This document shows, piece by piece, positions 8,404 through 17,462 of a stretch of 33,091 nucleotides of DNA; position 1 is the first letter of the stretch; every line of letters begins with the position of its first letter. The position numbers and the translations under genes are program-made. A model generated the notes under the pieces. The model ran no database searches, was not told the DNA's origin, and was given only the letters and a program-made list of their open reading frames with translations. This stretch comes from a virus (taxonomy: Duplodnaviria > Caudoviricetes), in IMG/VR virus record IMGVR_UViG_3300008255_000305, positions 1 to 33,091 of that record. One strand, given 5' to 3'.

Positions 8404-9581
8404 AAGTCTTGGCCGACAATGAAGCCGAGGTAGTCGGTGGAAGTGACCCGAATGAACGCAAACACGTCCTTTTTACTCGCTGTCGTCGTAAGCGTCGGAG
8501 TCGTAGCAGATGGCCAACTGATGTTGCTCCACCATGTGACTGTGCGGCTGCCCGTTCCATCCTGCTCAAGAATGACTGTAAATATCTGCCCGTCTTCATC
8601 ACCCGATAATGCCAAAGTTCTGTTGCCACCAAGCACAACGGTCTGCACATCACCTTGCGTGAGATCGAACGTGACTGTCGCTGCGTCGCTTTCCGTATTG
8701 ATCTTTCCCGCACCGGGAAGAGCTGTCACGCTCTGTATGAGGAAGTTCGTGCCATCGTATGCGGCTGTAACGATGCTGTTTGCTTGAATGTAACCGTCCG
8801 GCGGATCTTCATCGACCCAGACTTTCAGTGATTTAGCGCCAAGAGCGTTCACGTTCACCGTGCAGGCTCCCGTATTCTTCGTATTTGCTTTGAAACGAAT
8901 TGTCATCCCGGCAGCGTATGCGGATGGAGCGGGGTCGAGCGTTATGACGTATGTGTCGCTGGCTTCCGCATCTGCGGCATAGGTGTGCTGCCCCTTCTGA
9001 ACTTCGTCGAACTTCGCTTCGTGATTCCTGATTGCCTTTTGAAGTTCAAGTATCGCTTCGCGAGTCACAAGGAGGTAACAGTAGTCGTCTGCATCGAACG
9101 CTGCTGCTGCGGAGCCGTCATATCCGCGTCCGCCGGTTGCCACGGTAAGCGTGTCCGTACTTCGCTGATTGATGAGCGCTTTTTCTGATTGCGTGATCGT
9201 ACCATTGGCATCCACCTTCGCCAGAGTCACGACGAAGCGGTTCACAGCCCAGGCATCGCTATTCTGCCACGTGTCGTCGCTGCCCCCTTGAAGCTGTGTA
9301 GTCGTTATGGAATTAGTAGAAACAGTCAGGATCACGGCGTAACTTCCGTCCGTGATGTTCTCGATGAAGTCTCCTACCGCGACACCGGAGCTTCCGATTG
9401 CCGTAGAGTTCAGTGTGGTCTTCGTTCCCGTAGAAGTGGCTGATCCGTTGTACGTTGTCGGGAGCTTCGCACCTTCACCGGACTTCACGACGATGGTCGT
9501 TGCTGCTGCTGAGATATTCGCGGTAAGCTGCGGGTTAGCGTCGTCTATGACGGCCGGAAGAGTGAACGAGGGGGATGGCAT
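8400..9581 (-). CDS. Tail fibre protein
   Basis: Thr/Ala-rich; DTYVITLDPAPSAYAAGMTIRFKANTKNTGACTVNVN and QDGTGSRTVTW...WP...PTLTT modules. Confidence 0.75.
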   Translation of the reverse strand: MPSPSFTLPAVIDDANPQLTANISAAATTIVVKSGEGAKLPTTYNGSATSTGTKTTLNSTAIGSSGVAVGDFIENITDGSYAVILTVSTNSITTTQLQGGSDDTWQNSDAWAVNRFVVTLAKVDANGTITQSEKALINQRSTDTLTVATGGRGYDGSAAAAFDADDYCYLLVTREAILELQKAIRNHEAKFDEVQKGQHTYAADAEASDTYVITLDPAPSAYAAGMTIRFKANTKNTGACTVNVNALGAKSLKVWVDEDPPDGYIQANSIVTAAYDGTNFLIQSVTALPGAGKINTESDAATVTFDLTQGDVQTVVLGGNRTLALSGDEDGQIFTVILEQDGTGSRTVTWWSNISWPSATTPTLTTTASKKDVFAFIRVTSTDYLGFIVGQDL

Positions 9582-9608
9582 GAAGAAGGGGGGTACGGAA
9601 TCATTCTA

Positions 9609-10469
9609 TCAGAGATACGACGGCTTCCACTTTGTTGTCACGGTCGCACTGAAGCTCGTTGCTGTGACAGTGAACTTGATCGAGTTGCTCCCGACGTCCA
9701 GTTTTGGAAAGGAGCCCGTGAAATCGACGGCGGTCGAGTTCTTCTTCACAGTCATGTTCTCGCTGTCAAACTCCAGAAAGTCCCCTGCCGCAAAGCTTCC
9801 TGAATACTCAATTACTTCGCCTGTCGTCTCATTCTCGATATTGAAGACCGTGCCCGTATTCACCGCGTCGAAGAGAATGAAGAACACCGGCTTCGCTTCG
9901 ATCGTCCCGCTGTTGGTAATGACCTGCGTGGTTGGAGAGACGGTTAGCGTTGTCAGTTGGCTCGTGTAGGCACGATCCTTTGCAAATGGAGTCTTGCAAG
10001 TGAAGACCATGTTGTACGGGCAGATCGTAATGTGGTGCCGTTTTCGATCACTGAACAGCTCTTCCGGGTTCTCCCATGTTGCAACATACCGCCGAACAGA
10101 AATCGTGTTGCCAGATGAATCCTTTCTGGTGATATCAAGGTTTCCTTCTCGCTGCCGGACGTTCTTGCGGCACGTTTCAAGAAACGTCTCCAGATCGCTC
10201 TGCGTCGATTTCTTTAGAAAGCCTCGCACTTCGATCCTTTTGTCCCTCCAGTAGTCACCATTCACGTATTCGCCGTCGTCGCGAGGGACACGCGCACCAA
10301 TGATCTCGCGGCTTGGGGCTGAATCGGTAAGATCTGTGCAGAAAGTGCTCACGTTATCTGCGAGAGAGAAGTTGTTGAAGACGACCAAGTCGGTCGATGG
10401 CACGACGATCGGGAACGCTCCGCCGCGATAGATGTTTTCCCGATACTGGAATCCTCTGAATGCTGGCAT
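9609..10469 (-). CDS. Distal tail protein (Dit)
   Basis: Follows the tape measure with TAATG overlap; FTCKTPFA, ITNSGTIEAKP, FPKLDVGSNSI. Confidence 0.8.
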   Translation of the reverse strand: MPAFRGFQYRENIYRGGAFPIVVPSTDLVVFNNFSLADNVSTFCTDLTDSAPSREIIGARVPRDDGEYVNGDYWRDKRIEVRGFLKKSTQSDLETFLETCRKNVRQREGNLDITRKDSSGNTISVRRYVATWENPEELFSDRKRHHITICPYNMVFTCKTPFAKDRAYTSQLTTLTVSPTTQVITNSGTIEAKPVFFILFDAVNTGTVFNIENETTGEVIEYSGSFAAGDFLEFDSENMTVKKNSTAVDFTGSFPKLDVGSNSIKFTVTATSFSATVTTKWKPSYL

Positions 10470-12709
10470 TAGGCGGCTTGTAATTGCTGAAGCTGAATCA
10501 TACGAGTGATCTTTTGAATGAATCGGTCTTCGTCCGCCTCGTTGTGAACGTGTACTTCCCCGATCTGAACGCTCACTGCCTTTCCGCCGCCCTTCTCTGC
10601 CCGAACAGTGACGGGTATGGACCTACCATCGGGCAGCGGCACAAACGCTTCCTTTCCGGCTTCCCCGAAGAGCGCCATTGTCGGCCTGTCCACGACGCCG
10701 CCCGACGCGAAACTGTCAAATTGAAGTCCTCCTCGCTCTTGTCTCCGCTGTTGGACGCGGCTCTCAAGGCTGCCCTCACCTGTGATTGCTGCGTTCGCAG
10801 ACAAGAGTGCATTGATTGAATTAATCGTCTTCCGGAGCTCCTGTAATTTCTTCTTCATGGACTCCACAAGGTCCTTTGTGACTTTGTCCATGTCGTCCAA
10901 ATTGAGAATGTAGTTATCGTGGAAACTCTGCATTTCGATCTTCGTGAGTTCAAGTTCCTGACGCTCTCGGGTGAATACTTCTTGCTCAATTGCCATCTTT
11001 TCCTCGAGCTTTCCCTTCTCTACATCCAATTCTCCTTTGCGATCCTCGAACAGATGTTTTTCCTCTTCCCGTTGCTTATTGAGGTCTTCAACCCGACGCT
11101 CAAATCCCGTCAGGTCGTTTCGTCTCTGCGCCTCGGCGAGCAAACCCTCCAGCCCATTCTGCTGTCCACTCTCAAAGAAACGACGCAAAGCTTCTTCTTC
11201 CTTTTCGATCTGCTTTTTCAAATCGAGGATGTCGTCGTTCGTGCCCGCACTGATGCTTCCTCGTTTATTCTCCTGCCTGGCACGAGACTGGAGGTCTTCC
11301 ATGTCTTTCTTCAACTCCTTGATGCGGTTCTGCTGTTCCACAACAGATTCGGCGACTCCGGAGCCAATGCCTTGCGTCGTCTTGGCATGCGATTCCCCGA
11401 GCTTCTTCATTGCCTTTTCAACGCCCGCAATATCCTCGCGCATTCCCTTCATGCTCTGTTCGTGCCTGAATTCCAATTCACGGATATCCACGTCTATTTC
11501 TAGCCGTGCTTCGCGGTATGACGCCTTCAGCTCGTCTACGTTATCCTTCAGTTCCTCCAATTCTTCTTTTGTCCTGCCAAGGCCGCCCGCAGGACCGCCG
11601 GCACGCCCGAGCTCTTCCATCCACTTCCGAAACTCTCCATCAGCCTGTTTTGCGGCTGCACCCGCATCCTTGCTCTTGTCCGCTGTCTTCCCGAGACTCG
11701 CCTGTACATCTTCCATGCTCAAATCATTTTTCAATCCCTGCAAAGACGCTCCTCGGAAGTCCTTGAGTCCCACAGATCCGGCACCGAGGAGATGCGCGAG
11801 AGTCACGGACATGCTCCGTAGTTCTTCAAATGTCTCACGTGCGCCTATTTTCAATCCTTTCAGGAGAATAATTCCTCCCTCCAGCCCCTCGTTGACTTCC
11901 TGCAGCCCTTTACTTGTCGCAGGCAAAAGCGGCTTGCCGAGTTCTTCAAACAGTTCTCTCGTATTACCAGAAACTCGCCTCAGTTGGTTAGCAACCGAGT
12001 TCGCAGTTCTTGCAGCATCCCCTTGAACCGTCGCCGTCTTGTCCATGATGAACTCGTAACGCAGAGCTGTGAGCTGTGCTTGGTTCATCTTGTCGATCTG
12101 CGTTGTAATGCCCTTATTCAGTGCGAATGCTTTCAAGTTCGCCTGTGTCATGACGACACCGAACCGCTTCATCGCTTCGGTCTCACCAACAATTCCAGAT
12201 CGCAGAGCAATAAACGCCTCCGGATCAGATACGTTGTGGAACGACGCCATGTCCACAGACAGCTTCGCAAGGTTTGTACTGACCTTTGCCATCTCCGGAC
12301 CGGACAAACCCATAGCCTCAATAACAGCGCCCATATCCGTCGAGAACTGAAGGATGGCCGAATCGGCTCGTCCCACTTCATCAGCAATCTCTCTCGACCG
12401 CTGTTCCACAATTCCAAAGGATTCTTTGAAGGTGAACCGCGCTTTGCTGGAGAGTTCTTCGAGGTCGGAGGCGGTCTTGATGGCCTTCGCCCCTATCAGG
12501 GCAATTGCTCCTGCCGCTCCGCCGCGTGCGATCCGAGGATCTATGCCGAGAAATGACGAAATGTCATTGAGTCCACCGCTCTTCTTCGTTGTCTTCGAGA
12601 CTTTCTGAACAGACTTCTCGATGTCATCAATTTCCTTCCGAACCTTTCGGAGCTTGCCGCTGGCCTCATCTTTGCCTTGTATCCGTACGACGGCAGTTGC
12701 TTCAGACAT
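10469..12709 (-). CDS. Tape measure protein
   Basis: 746 aa, helical; DMASFHN, GETEAMKRFGV, QGDAART and C-terminal FASGGVV..PT.ALFGEAGKEA.VPL. Confidence 0.92.
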   Translation of the reverse strand: MSEATAVVRIQGKDEASGKLRKVRKEIDDIEKSVQKVSKTTKKSGGLNDISSFLGIDPRIARGGAAGAIALIGAKAIKTASDLEELSSKARFTFKESFGIVEQRSREIADEVGRADSAILQFSTDMGAVIEAMGLSGPEMAKVSTNLAKLSVDMASFHNVSDPEAFIALRSGIVGETEAMKRFGVVMTQANLKAFALNKGITTQIDKMNQAQLTALRYEFIMDKTATVQGDAARTANSVANQLRRVSGNTRELFEELGKPLLPATSKGLQEVNEGLEGGIILLKGLKIGARETFEELRSMSVTLAHLLGAGSVGLKDFRGASLQGLKNDLSMEDVQASLGKTADKSKDAGAAAKQADGEFRKWMEELGRAGGPAGGLGRTKEELEELKDNVDELKASYREARLEIDVDIRELEFRHEQSMKGMREDIAGVEKAMKKLGESHAKTTQGIGSGVAESVVEQQNRIKELKKDMEDLQSRARQENKRGSISAGTNDDILDLKKQIEKEEEALRRFFESGQQNGLEGLLAEAQRRNDLTGFERRVEDLNKQREEEKHLFEDRKGELDVEKGKLEEKMAIEQEVFTRERQELELTKIEMQSFHDNYILNLDDMDKVTKDLVESMKKKLQELRKTINSINALLSANAAITGEGSLESRVQQRRQERGGLQFDSFASGGVVDRPTMALFGEAGKEAFVPLPDGRSIPVTVRAEKGGGKAVSVQIGEVHVHNEADEDRFIQKITRMIQLQQLQAA

Positions 12710-12926
12710 GCTTGGGAGGAGTAGATGTCCTTATTCTAACAGACTCTGCCTCAATACTCAGAAACGCGATCCACTTCTGAAGCTTCTCTTCCGGGAGCGC
12801 GTCGAGATCGCTTGGCATGCAATGAAGCTCACGACAAAGCCAGAACTCGACGTATTCAGTGGGCAGTGATTGTTCGGTCGGAATGTTCGACCACAGTACG
12901 GCCTTAGTTTGTTCCAGTATTTTTTT
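12702..12926 (-). CDS. Probable frameshifted C-terminal extension of the tail assembly chaperone (gpGT-like)
   Basis: Frame KKILEQ...FWLCRELHCMPSDLDALPEEKLQKWIAFL...KHV* lacks an upstream start, begins at the A7 run and ends overlapping the tape-measure ATG. Confidence 0.6.
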   Translation of the reverse strand, partial: KKILEQTKAVLWSNIPTEQSLPTEYVEFWLCRELHCMPSDLDALPEEKLQKWIAFLSIEAESVRIRTSTPPKHV

Positions 12927-13254
12927 CCCGCTCCTCCGTGTCTTGGGAGGAACGAAGAGCGACGATATGCGCCTTCAGCTTTTCGTAGTCTCGTTCGGGA
13001 ATCTCGTTCAGCCATGCTTCGCTGTACTGGTTGTCCTTTCCCTCCCTCACGATCTTCTCAATGATCGTCGGAAACACCGCCTCGTATGCACGATTGAAGT
13101 TCTCTGACGGGATCTCTTTCACCCATGTGCCATCATCTAAGTTCTCGCGAATGATTACTCCTTCATCGCGTACCTTCTCAAGAGCCCGTTCACATCCATG
13201 CGTCCAGACTTCGCTAAAATACACTTTGTCGCCGATAGAAAGCGTTACGATCAT
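12904..13254 (-). CDS. Tail assembly chaperone (gpG-like)
   Basis: Between tail tube and tape measure; ends at GGGAAAAAAAT slippery run. Confidence 0.75.
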   Translation of the reverse strand: MIVTLSIGDKVYFSEVWTHGCERALEKVRDEGVIIRENLDDGTWVKEIPSENFNRAYEAVFPTIIEKIVREGKDNQYSEAWLNEIPERDYEKLKAHIVALRSSQDTEEREKNTGTN

Positions 13255-13293
13255 CGCCGCAAGCGTATCACCGTGCTATGAGGAGCGCAAGCA

Positions 13294-14484
13294 TTAGTAA
13301 CCTGTTGTGTCCGTGTTCTGCAGCAGCCCCTCCAGCGTCAGAGCACGAGCGATGTTGTACTCGGCTGTGAATTGCAACGTCTGCTTGACGATGCCTGCGT
13401 TTTCTGTCGGTCTGCCCCATTCTCGGAAACCTACACTTGGGAAGTCGAGTTGCAATGTTGGACTCGCAGACGAACCGATGGTTACTCCTGTATTCGCAAC
13501 AGTAAGCCGCATCGCTCGCTTTGTCGCGTTGAGGACGTAATCGCGATACGTCACTGCGTTGTACTTGAGTGTTACTTCACCCGTGATGTCGCCGAATTCT
13601 TGGTTGTGGAACGAAGCCGGATCAGTGCTGCCAAATTCTGTAATGTCGAGGAGGTTCTTTGGGATGTTCAGAGTGAACCGCTCCACGCCAATCGCTGCCG
13701 CTGCATCAAGGCTATCATGGTCGGCAGCCAGCTTGAAGGTTGCATGTTTCGTGAGGAAGGGGTTCTGTGCTGTGTAGGAGGGCGTCTGAGCCGTAGTCGA
13801 TGCAAGTGCCTTTCCAAGGAAGTTCGCATTGAATTTGACGTAGTCGCCGACAACCGCCTCTAGGTCAAGAGAATCGAGCATGCAATACAAAGCTCGGTCG
13901 TCTGATACGGGATCTGATCCGTAAATCGTGTACGAAGGGTGTGTGTTGGTGTTAACCCTGCGGAAGATATGGCTTCGCACGGCACTGGGTGATTCGATTG
14001 TTCCGCCAGTTGCGGTTGCACCCGATGTCCCACCGGTAAGCGTCTGACCACCTGTGAATGTTCCTGATACAGGTACGATGTAGAGCGCAGCCGTTCCAGC
14101 GTCTTGGTCGTTCCTGCGAAGCGTGCCTGTTGCGCTGCTCGTAGTCTCCGTGATTGTCTCTCCCTCTGTGAACGTCCCTGAAATACTAGAGACGGGGAAT
14201 TTCACGCAGGAGTACGCAGCTCCAAAGGCTGACATGAGCAGGTGACCGATGAATCCGTCGCGGGCAATCGCTGAGAACTGCACTTCCGTCATTTCCTTGA
14301 CGGTTTCGACTTCCTTCACGCGATCAATGATGCCGTAAGCACCATCGTCTTCGGCAGTCTCTACTTTCGGAGAGAATGAACCGCTTACTTTCGGAATCCA
14401 AACGGCAGCAGCTACGGCTGTTCCAGATGTCGTTTCCTTGCCGATACCAATGGACTGTTTACGCCCGATGTGTTCGTTTGCTAT
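13294..14484 (-). CDS. Major tail tube protein, probably starting at ATA 14484
   Basis: Frame extends 55 codons above the track start (ANEHIGRKQSIGIGKETTSGTAV...W), bounded by an in-frame TAA; tube-like DITGEVTLKY and LQLDFP motifs. Confidence 0.8.
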   Translation of the reverse strand: MANEHIGRKQSIGIGKETTSGTAVAAAVWIPKVSGSFSPKVETAEDDGAYGIIDRVKEVETVKEMTEVQFSAIARDGFIGHLLMSAFGAAYSCVKFPVSSISGTFTEGETITETTSSATGTLRRNDQDAGTAALYIVPVSGTFTGGQTLTGGTSGATATGGTIESPSAVRSHIFRRVNTNTHPSYTIYGSDPVSDDRALYCMLDSLDLEAVVGDYVKFNANFLGKALASTTAQTPSYTAQNPFLTKHATFKLAADHDSLDAAAAIGVERFTLNIPKNLLDITEFGSTDPASFHNQEFGDITGEVTLKYNAVTYRDYVLNATKRAMRLTVANTGVTIGSSASPTLQLDFPSVGFREWGRPTENAGIVKQTLQFTAEYNIARALTLEGLLQNTDTTGY

Positions 14485-14657
14485 GGCTTAGAGGGGGAGG
14501 ATGTAGAATTCATATCCTCCATCAGCTTCGCTGCCTTCTTGTCGGCATCCTGCTGATCTTTCGCCATGATGGTCACACCGTCGCCTATGGACGGGTACAG
14601 AAAGGGGAGGAGTTTCTCCTCCGTCTTGGCCTTCGGTTTCTCACTCTTTGAGGACAT
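14481..14657 (-). CDS. Small hypothetical protein (58 aa)
   Basis: FLYPSIG..VTIMAKDQQDADKK; -10 box 6 nt upstream of ATG. Confidence 0.6.
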   Translation of the reverse strand: MSSKSEKPKAKTEEKLLPFLYPSIGDGVTIMAKDQQDADKKAAKLMEDMNSTSSPSKP

Positions 14658-14675
14658 GGCACCAGTATAGCACAA

Positions 14676-15104
14676 CTACGAAAGCGCAATCAGAGTTCGG
14701 ACATTCACCGTGAGCGTCAAAACGTTCGCAGGGCCAAATGGGAACTCTTCCACTCGTACGGGACTTGGCTGCATGGTGACGTTGTCTGCGTTCCCTGACA
14801 GAGTCCATTCTGCACCCAGCTTGTCCATCACCGCGTCGATAGCGTCCTGCAAGTCCGCTTCCCATGTCGCAACGCTTACGCCGTTGCTGGATACGGGCGT
14901 GATGATGTCCACCGTGTATTGATATGTGCGGTAGTCACTGTTCGTATCTTCCTGATTGTTCTCGATGCCTGAGAGGAAGTATCTCACTGCCGGGAACCCG
15001 GCGAAATCCGATGTCTTCCCGCTTTCGACGCTCTTCACTTGCGTTACCGCCGAGAGCGCCGTATCTAATGCCGATCGAATTGCTGACGCTGCGTTATCTG
15101 CCAT
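14676..15104 (-). CDS. Tail terminator protein
   Basis: Position and size; FAGFPAV motif. Confidence 0.7.
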   Translation of the reverse strand: MADNAASAIRSALDTALSAVTQVKSVESGKTSDFAGFPAVRYFLSGIENNQEDTNSDYRTYQYTVDIITPVSSNGVSVATWEADLQDAIDAVMDKLGAEWTLSGNADNVTMQPSPVRVEEFPFGPANVLTLTVNVRTLIALS

Positions 15105-15504
15105 TCAATGAATTGGAAATCTGTCGAGTGAATTCGTTCTCGATGAGCTTTGACACACCGAATACTTCCAGTGCCCAGCGGAAGAACGGTCGCCCCGGCA
15201 TCTTTGAAGTTCCCTGATGCACGTACAATGAGTATCCCACAGGAGCGATGATACCGACGGCAAGGCGGCTCATCCTTTTGCTGTAGATTTCGTCACGAAG
15301 TGTACCGCCGTATTTCGGTGCTACTGGTATACCCTTCGCCCCGTAGCCGGTACGGCTTGCAGACACCGGTGGCATCTTCTTGGTTTCATCGCGAAGAATC
15401 TGCCCCGAGCGAACCAGTGCCTTGTCGATCGCATTATCGAACCTCACAGGATCTACGATTCCTTGAATCCGATCAAAGCCGTCAATAGTGACCTGAAAAC
15501 TCAT
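15094..15504 (-). CDS. HK97 gp10-like tail completion protein
   Basis: GTLRDEI, YSLYVHQGTSKMPGRPFFRWA. Confidence 0.85.
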   Translation of the reverse strand: MSFQVTIDGFDRIQGIVDPVRFDNAIDKALVRSGQILRDETKKMPPVSASRTGYGAKGIPVAPKYGGTLRDEIYSKRMSRLAVGIIAPVGYSLYVHQGTSKMPGRPFFRWALEVFGVSKLIENEFTRQISNSLNGR

Positions 15505-15812
15505 GACTCCGTAGAAAGGGAAGCTCTCTTGTGACGAAGGCCACCGAAGGAAGCTGAGAAAACCTTCTTGACAAAGTATGTCGTTGAATCGATCACCACC
15601 TTGTCACTCACACGAAGATCGTCGCCCACATCGAAATACAGTTCGTGCGCGTTCGTGTAGATCCCGCCTTCGAGAGCGTGCTGCCGTTCATCCATCGGCA
15701 AGAATGCCCCTTCAATCGTCACGTCGGCGCTACCGGGATACACCTTGCTTCCGCTGCTGGGCAAGTGATAAACAGCTACGCTCTTAAGAACTTGGCGGGG
15801 GAATCGCGTCAC
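15501..15812 (-). CDS. Head closure (stopper) protein
   Basis: Position; DLRVSDKVVIDSTTYFV; overlaps both neighbours by 4 nt. Confidence 0.7.
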   Translation of the reverse strand: MTRFPRQVLKSVAVYHLPSSGSKVYPGSADVTIEGAFLPMDERQHALEGGIYTNAHELYFDVGDDLRVSDKVVIDSTTYFVKKVFSASFGGLRHKRASLSTES

Positions 15813-16504
15813 AGAATGGTGCGGGTATATTTCTCCAACGTACCCGCAATCAGCGGATCGTCTTTGGACGTATCAAACACCCGACTCCACGTGCCGATCT
15901 TCTCACTCTGCACGTTTCGCTTCTCGTGGTAGATCATGCCACCGATATCGATGCAGAGCTGCTCCAGATCATCAGGCACGTACGGCTGCGCTGCGCCCGC
16001 CTGGTAGCCCGCAGCCATCGTCACGCGGTAATTCCTGTACCCGCGCGCGAAAGACGCTCCAAGAAGCTGTATGTAGCCCTCCTCGCGGTTCACGATGAAG
16101 TCATCGAACTCCACCAGAGTTGTCGTGTCCCACGTCTCTCCGCCTGAGCTGTCACGGTCATCCAGCGTATCGAGCGCAAACGTCAAAACTGAGTTAGCCT
16201 GAACGGGCCACTGTGGGAGGTAGAAACGTCCGAATCCTCGTTCATCGGCAATCGTATTCCCCCCGTCGCGCTTTCGCGTCCCGGAGAAGTAGATGTAGTC
16301 CTCGTCGGCAACAGCGGTTGTTGCGTGCGTCGATCCGCCGTTGTTGTACCGTCGGGCTTTGAGCTTGCGATTCGTCTTCTGTTCAATCCAATCGCTTGCA
16401 CGGTCAATGATCTTTTCGATGAGCGTGTCGTCGCCGCTACCAGATACGCCGTGAGCGGTCTTGAAGTTGGCCGTTGTTGTCAGTGCGTTAGCGGAAACTG
16501 CCAC
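15809..16504 (-). CDS. Head-tail connector (adaptor) protein
   Basis: DDTLIEKIIDRASDWIE...R, VTMAAGY, VPDDLEQLC, SEKIG.WS. Confidence 0.85.
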   Translation of the reverse strand: MAVSANALTTTANFKTAHGVSGSGDDTLIEKIIDRASDWIEQKTNRKLKARRYNNGGSTHATTAVADEDYIYFSGTRKRDGGNTIADERGFGRFYLPQWPVQANSVLTFALDTLDDRDSSGGETWDTTTLVEFDDFIVNREEGYIQLLGASFARGYRNYRVTMAAGYQAGAAQPYVPDDLEQLCIDIGGMIYHEKRNVQSEKIGTWSRVFDTSKDDPLIAGTLEKYTRTIL

Positions 16505-16526
16505 GGGACAATTCTACCACAGAACG

Positions 16527-16550
16527 AAAAAAGCCCCCGCGAGGGAGCTT
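16527..16550 (-). terminator. Intrinsic terminator
   Basis: AAGCTCCC-TCGC-GGGGGCTT followed by TTTT. Confidence 0.8.
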
Positions 16551-16574
16551 CTTCCGCCTATTACGTTCCCGTGT

Positions 16575-17117
16575 CTATTGTCCAAATATGTCGCCGTACT
16601 CCACGTACACTCGCATCTTCAACGATGTGGTCGGATCTTTGAGAGACTTCACAACGATGTACTCTCCGCTACCCCAACCTTGTGTAGTAGTGTATTCCTT
16701 CCAGCTACCCGTTCCCGAAGCTCCTGTGTCGATCAGACACGGACCTTGTGTCGCACCGGAGGCGGTATTCAACGCCTTCATAATACAGACATCGAATCCG
16801 GCGCCTGCCGGGTTATCTTCAACTTCAACACGAACGTACCGAATCGCTCCTGAACCCGCATCGTCACTTCCGTCTTCACCTTCAATATTCGTCAGCGGAT
16901 TCTGAGCCACACAAACGTCGTACGTTGTGTCACCACCGGTTCCGGTACAGTTGATGTACAGTGGCTCCCACGCGAGTCTCTTCTCAGGGGAAATGCCGCC
17001 CGAGCTATCAAATCCATTAACGTAGATGCCTGCACCGATGACACCGGATGCGATCAGACCGCCGATAACTGCGCGGCCTTTCAATATAGAACTTTGATTA
17101 CGGAGCTTTTCTGCCAT
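16575..17117 (-). CDS. Hypothetical protein with N-terminal TM/signal segment and beta-rich domain
   Basis: AVIGGLIASGVIGAGIYV hydrophobic stretch; four Cys; own -10 box and terminator. Confidence 0.65.
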   Translation of the reverse strand: MAEKLRNQSSILKGRAVIGGLIASGVIGAGIYVNGFDSSGGISPEKRLAWEPLYINCTGTGGDTTYDVCVAQNPLTNIEGEDGSDDAGSGAIRYVRVEVEDNPAGAGFDVCIMKALNTASGATQGPCLIDTGASGTGSWKEYTTTQGWGSGEYIVVKSLKDPTTSLKMRVYVEYGDIFGQ

Positions 17118-17163
17118 GAGAGAGGATTGGAATGAAAACGATTACAGTATATCAGAGAAGAGT

Positions 17164-17448
17164 CTAACTCTTCTTCTTTGACCTACGATTCAGAAATGAA
17201 CGACGCTTTTTCGGCTTGCTGTCTTCTTCATTTTGAGGTGCGGCAGCTTTGGTGACTTGCGGAGTTGCCTGCGTTGTTTGCTTCGCTGGGCTACCCTGCG
17301 TCGTTTCCCGAACGGGCTTCAATAGACCGGGGTGCTTCACGAGGTATTCCTTGTAGGTTTCCTCGGAGAGCTCGGTCGTTTGCCCGGCTTCGACTTTCTG
17401 TCCGTTCTCTCGGAAGAAATGTGTTTGCGTTACTTCGTAGGTCTTCAT
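17164..17448 (-). CDS. Small capsid-adjacent protein with basic low-complexity tail
   Basis: G.KVEAGQTTELSEE..K..L....GLLKP pattern common after major capsid genes. Confidence 0.65.
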   Translation of the reverse strand: MKTYEVTQTHFFRENGQKVEAGQTTELSEETYKEYLVKHPGLLKPVRETTQGSPAKQTTQATPQVTKAAAPQNEEDSKPKKRRSFLNRRSKKKS

Positions 17449-17462
17449 GGGATAAAGGGGAA

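Noticed and set aside
7078-9581. Diversity-generating retroelement or invertible fibre cassette
   Set aside because: No reverse transcriptase, template/variable repeat pair or adjacent invertase is visible
10971-12026. Long plus-strand ORF (351 aa) and other antisense ORFs over the tape measure, groEL and capsid genes
   Set aside because: Ser/Phe-rich shadows of the real minus-strand genes with no recognisable motifs
12758-13015. Track ORF as the -1 frameshift product of the tail chaperone
   Set aside because: Peptide lacks gpT-like features and stops short of the tape-measure start; the other frame fits better, though -1 is not excluded
14481-14680. In-frame TAG readthrough from the tail terminator into the next ORF, or amber recoding
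   Set aside because: The downstream ORF has its own -10 box and ATG; long genes contain no internal TAG or TGA, so the standard code fits
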